NCBI GenBank assembly: GCA_963710375.1
Contig: CAVPZX010000002.1
Location: 992,001-1,056,000 of the forward strand
DNA: 64,000 nucleotides
Origin: Nitrospirota bacterium
GTDB taxonomy: Bacteria; Nitrospirota; Thermodesulfovibrionia; Thermodesulfovibrionales; Dissulfurispiraceae
Reading direction: 5' to 3'
Below are positions 56,319 through 64,000 of the stretch, piece by piece; the stretch's first letter is position 1; every line of letters begins with the position of its first letter. Under the pieces are notes generated by a model. The model was not told where the DNA came from and ran no database searches. It was given only the letters and a program-made list of their open reading frames with translations. A program made the translations under genes and the position numbers.

Positions 56319-56647
56319 ACGGGAGATGATAGCTTCAGCCCTATTACCCCGATCGTGATAAAGAGGATAAAGGTAATCCTCGGCAGGGTCGAGGGCTCAC
56401 CCAAGAGTGCCATGCCGAGGATGTTGCTTCCTATTGTGGCAATGCCTACCCAGACTGCATAGCTGGTCCCCATAGGAAGGGATTTCATTGCCTGCGAAAG
56501 GAAAAAGGCCGCGCCCAACCCGCAGATTGCATAAGAAATCATCGGCAGGAACCGGGTAAAGCCATTGGTTGATTTAAGGCTAAATATCCACCCGATCTCG
56601 AAAATGCCTGCTATAAGGATATATATCCAGTTTATTGTCAATCTCAT
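56315..56647 (-). CDS. SMR/DMT-family small transporter (SugE/Gdx-like)
   Basis: W..L..AG.FEI.W, GF, LPMGTSYAVWVGI, GLKL. Confidence 0.85.
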   Translation of the reverse strand: MRLTINWIYILIAGIFEIGWIFSLKSTNGFTRFLPMISYAICGLGAAFFLSQAMKSLPMGTSYAVWVGIATIGSNILGMALLGEPSTLPRITFILFITIGVIGLKLSSPV

Positions 56648-57552
56648 GCAGCAATGAATATGTCTGCGCCGGTGCGTACGCGGCGGAGCTTTTTGAGCGC
56701 ATCTCTTTCGCTGTCATATACCCGTTTGATGCCGTCCCCAAGGGATTTCTCGATATCACGGATATTCCGGACAAGCTGGTGCATGCCGAATATTTCTACT
56801 GACGCAGCCTGGTCAGTCCCCCACATAGCCCGGTCAAGGGTGACGTGCCGCTCAATGAAACATGCCCCGAGGGCAACTGCAGCCCATGTGGGTGCCAGCC
56901 CGGTTTCGTGGCCGGAGTAGCCTACTGGTGCAAGGGGATATTTTTCCATGAGCACCGGTATCATCTTCAGGTTCAGTTCACGCACATTGCAGGGATAGGC
57001 CGATGTTGAATGCGCGACCATAAAATTGTCGTTGCCTGCCACTCTGACAGCCCCTTCTATCTCTTCTATGGTTGACATCCCGGTCGAAAGAATAAGTGTT
57101 TTACCCGTAGATTTTATCTTTCTGAGGAGATCGTGATCAGTCAAAGAAGCGGAAGGCACTTTATATATTGAGGGACTGAACTGCTCCATAAAGTCAACGG
57201 ATTCCTCGTCCCAGCACGAGGCGAACCAGCCTATCCCCCGCTCCTTGCAGTAGCGGTCTATTTCGCTGTAATCCTCGATACCGAATTCGATCTTTCTACG
57301 GTATTCAATGTAAGTCATTCTGCCCCAGGGGGTATCTCGCTCAATATACCACTGGTCTTTCGGTACACAGAGTTCGGGGGTCCGCTTTTGAAACTTTACT
57401 GCATCGCATCCGGAAAAAACCGCCCCGTCAATGATCTTTTTGGCGAGCGCCAGCGATCCGTTGTGGTTAATCCCCACTTCGGCAATGATATAGACCGGTT
57501 CGCCTTCTCCGATACTCCGTTCATTGAGATGCACCTTCCTGATTGGTTTCAT
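56644..57552 (-). CDS. NeuB-family nonulosonate(-9-phosphate) synthase, short form
   Basis: IAEVGINHNG, VKFQKR, STGM, HSTSAYP, GYSGHE, ERHVTLDR..GTD. Confidence 0.9.
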   Translation of the reverse strand: MKPIRKVHLNERSIGEGEPVYIIAEVGINHNGSLALAKKIIDGAVFSGCDAVKFQKRTPELCVPKDQWYIERDTPWGRMTYIEYRRKIEFGIEDYSEIDRYCKERGIGWFASCWDEESVDFMEQFSPSIYKVPSASLTDHDLLRKIKSTGKTLILSTGMSTIEEIEGAVRVAGNDNFMVAHSTSAYPCNVRELNLKMIPVLMEKYPLAPVGYSGHETGLAPTWAAVALGACFIERHVTLDRAMWGTDQAASVEIFGMHQLVRNIRDIEKSLGDGIKRVYDSERDALKKLRRVRTGADIFIAA

Positions 57553-58115
57553 TGAGAGTCCCTCCTTTTTTTTGTGTTTAATGCGGCTGTTTTTTTCCCG
57601 TTGAGTTGCGCTGCAATGATGAATTCCGCAAACTCTCTGAATGCGCCTTGCCCGCCGCGCGTGGTGCAGATAAAATCGGCGAATTTTTTTATTGATGGAA
57701 ATGAGTCGCCGGGGCAGGCGGAGAGTCCAACTGTTTTAATGATTTCGAGGTCGTTCATGTCGTCGCCGATATAAGCGATCTGCTCTCGGTCAAGGGAAGT
57801 CCTTACAATAATTTCTTCGAGTACCTGTACCTTCTCTTTTATCCCGAGATGCAACTCTGCTATTTGAAGCTTATCGGCCCGTTTTTTGACGGAAGCCGAC
57901 CCCTCTCCAGTGATAATTCCGGTTTCAACATTCACTATTTGCCGAAGTCGCTCCACTCCCAATCCGTCACGAATGGAAAACCGCTTCAGCACTTCCCCTG
58001 CATCAGAATAGTACACTCCTGTGTCGGTGAGCACCCCATCGACATCAGTGAGGAGCAATCGTATCTTTCGCGCCTTTCTCTTGACTGTTGCAGCTATTGC
58101 CTTTCCGTTGTTCAT
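57549..58115 (-). CDS. KdsC-family HAD phosphatase
   Basis: TDVDGVLTD, RDG.G, IGDDMND, GGQGAFRE. Confidence 0.9.
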   Translation of the reverse strand: MNNGKAIAATVKRKARKIRLLLTDVDGVLTDTGVYYSDAGEVLKRFSIRDGLGVERLRQIVNVETGIITGEGSASVKKRADKLQIAELHLGIKEKVQVLEEIIVRTSLDREQIAYIGDDMNDLEIIKTVGLSACPGDSFPSIKKFADFICTTRGGQGAFREFAEFIIAAQLNGKKTAALNTKKRRDSQ

Positions 58116-58915
58116 ACAGCCGTCCATCCGCCGTCGACGATCAGGTTTGCGCCGGTCATGTAACTGGAAGCGTCGCTTGCAAGGAATACAACAGCTCCAC
58201 GGTAGTCGGAGGGCTGCGCCATTCTGCCAAGGGGTGTTTTGGCAGAATAGTTTTTAACGAAAAAATCATCCTGCGCGTTTTCTACTCCTCCGGGCGAGAG
58301 CGTGTTGACTCTGACGCCGCAGTGGCCCCAGTAGGCAGCAAGGTATCTTGTGAAAGAAATCACCGCTCCCTTGCTGACAGGGTAGGCGGGAGATTTGTAA
58401 AAGGCCTGCTTTCCAGCGGGTGTTTTATAGATTGACTGGTCCGGGCCGACAACTCCGTAAGTGGATGCTACGTTGATGATGCTGCCTTTCCCCAGTTTGG
58501 CCATGGCAGAGCCGATAATCTGAGAGCAGAGGAATACGCCGGTAACATTAACGTCCATCATTTTTTTCCATTGGCTGAGGGGAAAATGTTCAAATTGCGA
58601 CATTTCCGATGCAAGGAGCGGGTCCTCGAATTTTTCATTTACGGCTGCATTGTTCAAAAGTATGTTGACGCGGCCAAAGCGGTCTAGAGTCTTTTTAAGC
58701 AGCGAGCCAACAGATGCGGCATCCGACACGTCGGCCCCTGCCCCGAGCGCATCGGGTGTAAGGGTGAGGGCGAACTCGCGGCACTTGTCTTCGTCCAGGT
58801 CACTTACCACAACGTTTGCCCCGGCGTCTGCAAGTGCCCGGCAGTGTTCTTTTCCGATCAGACCGAGCGATCCTGTGACGATGGCAACTTTATCTTTCAG
58901 CGAAAACAGGTTCAC
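58112..58915 (-). CDS. Short-chain dehydrogenase/reductase
   Basis: TGSLGLIG, NNAA, YPVSK, VDGG. Confidence 0.88.
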   Translation of the reverse strand: MNLFSLKDKVAIVTGSLGLIGKEHCRALADAGANVVVSDLDEDKCREFALTLTPDALGAGADVSDAASVGSLLKKTLDRFGRVNILLNNAAVNEKFEDPLLASEMSQFEHFPLSQWKKMMDVNVTGVFLCSQIIGSAMAKLGKGSIINVASTYGVVGPDQSIYKTPAGKQAFYKSPAYPVSKGAVISFTRYLAAYWGHCGVRVNTLSPGGVENAQDDFFVKNYSAKTPLGRMAQPSDYRGAVVFLASDASSYMTGANLIVDGGWTAV

Positions 58916-60255
58916 TGCCGAGTCCCCTGTTTTGGTTTGGTGTTGAAATTGCTTGTTCTCCTGAATACGGGCTGCACTGGCTCGCCCCGCAGGAGTTCCC
59001 GTATGTTCCCCTCGCTTACTGCTGACCGGAGGAGCGTAAGCACCTCGATATACGCATCGGAAAGATACTGAATGTCGGCGTCGCTATGAGAGAAGCATAA
59101 GTTGTGAAAGCCTGACCAGAGCACACCGAGCCGGAATAATTCTTGCTGGACGAAAGATTTCATGATAAGCGGATCGCCTGCTTTAGAATCGAAGGTGACG
59201 AGGGTCCGGCAGGGCAGGCCGATGCATTTTGTGTAATCGATGCCGAGGCGTGAGGCAGCGGCATTGTATGCATTTTTTATTTTCTCTCCCTGCATAGCCA
59301 GATAACCCGGGACATTGAACTCTTTCAGTTCGGCAATTGTAGCGCACGCAGCTGCAAGGGATAAAGCCTCACCGCCGAATGTTGTGAAAAAGAAGACATT
59401 CTTTTCGAGCAGTTCCATAATCGCTTTTTTCCCTGCGAGCACAGAAAGGGGCATCCCGTTGGCAACAGCTTTGGAATAGCAGGCGAGGTCAGCGGTGACT
59501 CCGAAATATTCCTGCGCTCCGCCAAGAGCGAGCCTGAAGCCAGTCCACATTTCGTCAAAGATCAGCACAATCCCGTGGCGGTCGCAGAGTTCTCGTATTC
59601 TGCCCAGAAAATTGTTGCGGGGCTCTTCAAACACGACAGGTTCGAGGATAACACAGGCCGTATTATCATCAATAGAAGTCTCAATGGATTCAAAGTCATT
59701 ATAATTAAAGGTAAAGGAAAGGTCTTTTACTGGCTGGGGGACGCCACTGTCCTTGTCCGTCACCCCTATATACCAGTCATGCCATCCATGGTATCCGCAG
59801 CAGAGCACCTTGTCCCGTTTTGTGTAAGCCCGCGCGAGGCGGACAGCTGCTGATGTCACATCTGCGCCGGTCTTGCTAAAGCGTACTGCTTCGGCTGTGG
59901 GGACTACGGACCTTATGAGTTCGGCAGTCTCAACCTCAAGCGGATGCATCATAGAGAAGGTTATGCCGTCCTGCAGCTGGTTCCGGATTGCGTCATCAAC
60001 CCTTGGATAACAGTAACCCAGGGACAGGGGGCCTACGCCCATGGTTAAATCAATGAATTCGTTGCCGTCGATGTCCCATACGTGGGAGCCCTTACCCCTT
60101 TTGAGATATTTTGGTGCAACGCCCTTTACGTATTGAGCAGGACCTTTTGCAAGCGTCTGCGTCACGTTGGGTATAAGGCCCAGGGCGCGGGCATAGAGTT
60201 TATCCGATTCGCTGATGTCAGGATAGTTGCGTACTAATTCATCGGCTTGTAGCAT
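58912..60255 (-). CDS. Class III PLP aminotransferase (GSA-aminomutase-like)
   Basis: WDIDGN, GYHGWHD, IFDEMWTGFR, SKAVANG. Confidence 0.88.
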   Translation of the reverse strand: MLQADELVRNYPDISESDKLYARALGLIPNVTQTLAKGPAQYVKGVAPKYLKRGKGSHVWDIDGNEFIDLTMGVGPLSLGYCYPRVDDAIRNQLQDGITFSMMHPLEVETAELIRSVVPTAEAVRFSKTGADVTSAAVRLARAYTKRDKVLCCGYHGWHDWYIGVTDKDSGVPQPVKDLSFTFNYNDFESIETSIDDNTACVILEPVVFEEPRNNFLGRIRELCDRHGIVLIFDEMWTGFRLALGGAQEYFGVTADLACYSKAVANGMPLSVLAGKKAIMELLEKNVFFFTTFGGEALSLAAACATIAELKEFNVPGYLAMQGEKIKNAYNAAASRLGIDYTKCIGLPCRTLVTFDSKAGDPLIMKSFVQQELFRLGVLWSGFHNLCFSHSDADIQYLSDAYIEVLTLLRSAVSEGNIRELLRGEPVQPVFRRTSNFNTKPKQGTRQ

Positions 60256-61168
60256 ATTTCTGCCCTCCATGATAGATTTTTAATATTTTCTCCGCGATCT
60301 TTTCGCCGGTAAAGCCCTCATATTCGAGTACCATGGGCAGAAGTGCCGGCTTGAACCATCTGTTATCGAGAGCGATGGGCAGCACACTACAATTGATGCC
60401 CCTTCTTATGAGTGTTTCGCACACAATCGAATAGAGCCCGCCGGTCATAAAGTGGTCTTCAAGGGTCACCAGAAGGGATGTCTCGCGTGCAGCTGCGATA
60501 ATGGCTTCTTCATCAGCTGGTTTAACAGTGCGCATATTTAGCAGCCGAACATTCTTACCTTCTGCTTGGAGTCGCGCCCTGGCCTTGACAGCCTCGGCGA
60601 AAAGCATTCCATAAACGAGGAGTGTAATATCGTCGCCGTCAAAGACAACTTCTGCCTTGCCTATTTTAAAATCCTGCGAATGTTCAATGACTGCCTTTGA
60701 ATGGTTCAAGCGTATATAAAAGGGTCCGGAATGCTCCAGAACTTGCCTGAGTCCAAGGGTTAGATCCTGTTCGTCAGAAGGGCAGAATATGTTCATGGAC
60801 GGGATGATGCGCATGAGTGCAATATCCTCAAGTGCCTGGTGTGTGGGCCCGTTGGCTTCGGAAAGAAAACCCGGGACCCCGCCGCAGAGCTTGACAGGCA
60901 GATTACCTATGCCGACATCTGTCCTGATGAACTCGAATGCCCTCATGGTCAGGAACGTGCTGAGCGCATGGACAACAGGAATGCGCCCACGGAGGGCAAG
61001 CCCGGCAGCCATTCCCACCAGCGACTGTTCGGCTATGCCGGTATCGACGAACCGGCTGCCGAGGGCGTCGGTAATGCCCCGGATAGAGGCCAGGTTCTCG
61101 GCTGTCATCACTATAATCCGTTCATCTGCCAAGGCAATATCCCTGAGCAATTCCTGGTAGGTGGTCAT
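60239..61168 (-). CDS. Transketolase C-terminal subunit
   Basis: GIAEQ, GPTHQALED, TVKP.D, EDH...GG. Confidence 0.88.
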   Translation of the reverse strand: MTTYQELLRDIALADERIIVMTAENLASIRGITDALGSRFVDTGIAEQSLVGMAAGLALRGRIPVVHALSTFLTMRAFEFIRTDVGIGNLPVKLCGGVPGFLSEANGPTHQALEDIALMRIIPSMNIFCPSDEQDLTLGLRQVLEHSGPFYIRLNHSKAVIEHSQDFKIGKAEVVFDGDDITLLVYGMLFAEAVKARARLQAEGKNVRLLNMRTVKPADEEAIIAAARETSLLVTLEDHFMTGGLYSIVCETLIRRGINCSVLPIALDNRWFKPALLPMVLEYEGFTGEKIAEKILKIYHGGQKYATSR

Positions 61169-62004
61169 AGCGCAGCACCCGCTGTATGTCCTGCCGCGGT
61201 ATCGTAGAGCTCTTTCACGAGGAGTTCCACCTCGTGATCGGAAAAATTGCAAAACCAGCGGTCAGCGCGGGACTCTATGCTTGGGATCCCTTTGCCCCTT
61301 ACGGTTTCGGCAATGACTACGTTGGGACAGTGGTGTTCGAACGGGACGCGGGAAAACAGTTCGTCCAACTGTTCAAAATCATGCCCGCTTATTGTTTCAG
61401 GAGCGAGTCCGAAGGCCCTGAATTTTGCTTCTAGTGGTTCCAGAGGGAGAAGTTCCTCGGTCTTTTTATTTGCCTGCAACCTGTTCCTGTCTATAATAAT
61501 TATAAGATTGTCGAGCTTAAAGGCGCTTGCCAGCATACAGGCCTCCCAGTTGGATCCCTCGTTGAGCTCGCCATCGCCCAGTATTACCGCCACCCTGTTG
61601 CCCTGTCCTCTTATTTTACAGTCAAGGGCGACGCCGGCTGCGACAGGAAGCAGGTGACCGAGCGAGCCTGCATGGAACTCTACTCCTGGGATGTTTTTAT
61701 TGGGGTGCCAATAAATATCGTCGCTGGTGGAGAGGTGCAGCGAGAGCCGTTCTTTCGGGATAATGCCCATCTCTGCAAGTGTGCTGTAAAGCGCAGGGAC
61801 GGCATGCCCCTTCGACAGGAAACAATAGTCACGGCAAGGGTCGCCAGGGACACAGGAAAGAAATTGCTTGTACAGATAGACCATCAAGTCAGTGCACGAC
61901 AGGGCAGAGCCGGTAAAAGCGCCGCCTGAGCAAGACATCCTGACGCATTGCTCCCGCACCTTTAGGGCCATCTGTTTCAACTGAGAAAGTTGCTCTTTAT
62001 TCAT
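61165..62004 (-). CDS. Transketolase N-terminal (TPP-binding) subunit
   Basis: SKGH, GSLGH, GDGELNEG..WEA, T.RGKG. Confidence 0.88.
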   Translation of the reverse strand: MNKEQLSQLKQMALKVREQCVRMSCSGGAFTGSALSCTDLMVYLYKQFLSCVPGDPCRDYCFLSKGHAVPALYSTLAEMGIIPKERLSLHLSTSDDIYWHPNKNIPGVEFHAGSLGHLLPVAAGVALDCKIRGQGNRVAVILGDGELNEGSNWEACMLASAFKLDNLIIIIDRNRLQANKKTEELLPLEPLEAKFRAFGLAPETISGHDFEQLDELFSRVPFEHHCPNVVIAETVRGKGIPSIESRADRWFCNFSDHEVELLVKELYDTAAGHTAGAAL

Positions 62005-62819
62005 TCCGCACCCACCAGTTTTGTCTGTGCCGGCGTGATGGTCCGTAATTCTTCAATGTGGTGCCGGTACCAGTTCACGCCTGCATATTTTCCATTGATC
62101 TTACAGATGAGCGGGTTTTTATCAAGAAAACTTAGAATAGCCCCTATACCGAAATACGGATCGTTCCCTGAAAGGGCATCGTATATTGCCTGAATCACCT
62201 TATAATCCTCCTCGTAGTCCAGCACCCAGCGATGGGACATTGAATAGTCGAGACCAGTATTCCAAGACACATTTCCGATTCTGAACTGCCCGCGGTTTTC
62301 CCAGAAATAAGGAGTCGTGTGTTCTCTTTCAAAGTCTTTACCGGCGTTTCCCCACGCTGTTGTCAGGGCCTCCATGGTAAAGACCTCGACGTCGTTTCCA
62401 TCAGGATAGGTTGCGGGATGCAGGTTACTCACGTAATCGAATTGCCCCATGTGCTCCACAAAAAAACCGAGTACCCGGTCGATAATCCCGACATCGATGA
62501 TCGGGCAGTCGGAGGGGATTTTAACGACAACATCAGCGCCGTACCTTGAGGCTGCCTGATAGTGCCGGTCGAGCAGGTCATGGGTATGTCCCCTGAAACA
62601 GGGGATGGACTCTTTCAGACATAGCTGCTCGATGATGTTATCTTCTTCATCACAGGTAGTAGCTATAACGACTTCTCCGGCAAGCGACGCCTGTTTGACG
62701 CGTTCTACCATTCGTACAAAAAGCGGCTTGCCACCCAGCGGAAGCAGGGCTTTTGCAGGGAGTCTTGTCGATCCCGTCCTTGTCTGGATTATGGTAAGTA
62801 TGTTCTGTTCTGTTTTTAT
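62001..62819 (-). CDS. SpsF-like cytidylyltransferase; apparent ATA start
   Basis: Frame upstream of ORF 62001-62711 reads IIQTRTGSTRLPAK; RG...DLLDR, SDCP, EHTTPY, LDYEED. Confidence 0.85.
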   Translation of the reverse strand: MKTEQNILTIIQTRTGSTRLPAKALLPLGGKPLFVRMVERVKQASLAGEVVIATTCDEEDNIIEQLCLKESIPCFRGHTHDLLDRHYQAASRYGADVVVKIPSDCPIIDVGIIDRVLGFFVEHMGQFDYVSNLHPATYPDGNDVEVFTMEALTTAWGNAGKDFEREHTTPYFWENRGQFRIGNVSWNTGLDYSMSHRWVLDYEEDYKVIQAIYDALSGNDPYFGIGAILSFLDKNPLICKINGKYAGVNWYRHHIEELRTITPAQTKLVGAE

Positions 62820-62829
62820 ATGCTTCTCC

Positions 62830-63780
62830 TTATTGCAAATAGCTTCTGCATACCTTCGCTATATTTTTGGCTGAGTTCCCGTCATTCTGTATGGGGTTCA
62901 ATCGTTTGAGCATATCACCGTCAAAATAAGAATGTACCTCTTTGTCCAGCGCGATGCCTGTAAAGGCAAGTGAAGAATACTGGGTGATCAGGGTGTGACA
63001 GTTGGCGACCATATGATGGGCATTGCCTTCATGGAAAATAAGGGCATGAGGCGCGAACCTTTTTATCTCTGTTGAGGAGCGCCGGAAATTCTCATTGGGA
63101 TGAAGTTTGAAGATAATTTGCCTGTCTCTAGCTATAGAGAGGGCCTTTCTGAGAAACGCCTTTCTGTTATCGAACTTGAAGGTTTCCCGCGAATCCGAAG
63201 TTGCGACGAGCACATAATTTCTATGAGGGAAATCATTGTCCAGGTATTGCCGGGCATTATCAAAATTCGGGATGCCGGTTACAGCAATTTTTTCGGGGCT
63301 GACACCCTTTCGGACGAACAGGTCACGGTAACCTTCCGAAGCGACACAGAATTTATGGTAGTTATGGGAAAGCCCTGTTGTGGACGTGCTGGCAAGATAG
63401 CGGGGCAGACCCAATCTCCTGACGAGATGATAGATAATGTTTTCAGGGTCGGTCATTCCTTCCTGTACGAGGATTATTTTCTTTTTCCTGACGTTTTTCT
63501 GTACTATGAGATCACTGCAGGTGAGGACAAGATCGTAGTGGTTTGTCCTCCCTTCATAGTCTATGGGGCAGCGGTGCTCCTGAAAATAGTGTTCGGTTGT
63601 CTGCCTGAAAGCGCCGCCCAAAATCGTGAAATTGAGCAAACCGCTGCGCGTGAGAGTTTTAATTAGCCCGTCACCATAGTAGGGGGTGAAATAACAATCG
63701 AAATCAGTCAGCTGGCGCGCTATCTGGTGCATCTGAGTTGTCTGATTGAGCGAGCCGCAAATGAACAGGATTTTTTTCAT
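62830..63780 (-). CDS. GT-B-fold-like (glycosyltransferase/epimerase-like) protein
   Basis: VTGIPNFD, FKLHPNE, ITQYSS; first gene of the sugar operon. Confidence 0.55.
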   Translation of the reverse strand: MKKILFICGSLNQTTQMHQIARQLTDFDCYFTPYYGDGLIKTLTRSGLLNFTILGGAFRQTTEHYFQEHRCPIDYEGRTNHYDLVLTCSDLIVQKNVRKKKIILVQEGMTDPENIIYHLVRRLGLPRYLASTSTTGLSHNYHKFCVASEGYRDLFVRKGVSPEKIAVTGIPNFDNARQYLDNDFPHRNYVLVATSDSRETFKFDNRKAFLRKALSIARDRQIIFKLHPNENFRRSSTEIKRFAPHALIFHEGNAHHMVANCHTLITQYSSLAFTGIALDKEVHSYFDGDMLKRLNPIQNDGNSAKNIAKVCRSYLQ

Positions 63781-63810
63781 TAGATTAATACACATGTTAA
63801 CAGCACGCAT

Positions 63811-63848
63811 GTTACAGGAATATTAAGCCAGGGTTAAGGTTTCGTTAA
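63811..63848 (-). promoter_or_regulatory. Four direct repeats at exact 11-bp period (PhoB/OmpR-type boxes)
   Basis: GTTAC 63811, ATTAA 63822, GTTAA 63833, GTTAA 63844. Confidence 0.55.
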
Positions 63849-64000
63849 TCAACCTGACCATTGCCTTATTGATCGCGAACTTGCGAACCATTCGTCTTTC
63901 GGGTAATATACAAATTAAAAAATAACTGACTTTTTTGTCTTATCTGCGTACGGCGCCGGAGTAAGGAGATTTAGCGAACGTTCGCTTTGAAAAATGAAAT

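Overview
Chromosomal origin region of a Gram-negative bacterium. Gene order and content suggest Nitrospirota or a deltaproteobacterium-like lineage; this is inference only. Left part: pyrG (partial), kdsB, lnt, prfB (programmed +1 frameshift), oriC (DnaA-trios and boxes), dnaA, dnaN, gyrB. A ~24 kb Tn7-like island (9932-33780) starts 12 bp after the gyrB stop. It has TGT...ACA ends, repeated TnsB-type sites, tnsA/tnsB/tnsC, a long TnsD-like TniQ interrupted by a stop codon, and no CRISPR-Cas. A second back-to-back pair of related ends at 30197-30410 points to repeated insertion at this site. The cargo is rich in candidate anti-phage or nucleotide-targeting genes: a PRTase + P-loop ATPase + CARF-like triad, an XRE + N6-MTase + NUDIX operon, an R-S-E type ADP-ribosyltransferase-like ORF, an HD-NACHT-FGE protein, a membrane-tailed dCTP deaminase, and an HNH-like gene with an attC-like site, plus IS3 and IS21 remnants. 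Right part: mostly housekeeping and metabolic genes, including a UGA(Sec)-containing DsbA/FrnE, an MCP, glgP, ubiX, trpS, pckG and a nonulosonate-type sugar operon with 11-bp periodic upstream boxes. Several single-base frameshifts, one in essential gyrB, suggest assembly indel errors, so pseudogene calls are tentative. All family assignments come from motif reading; no database searches were run.
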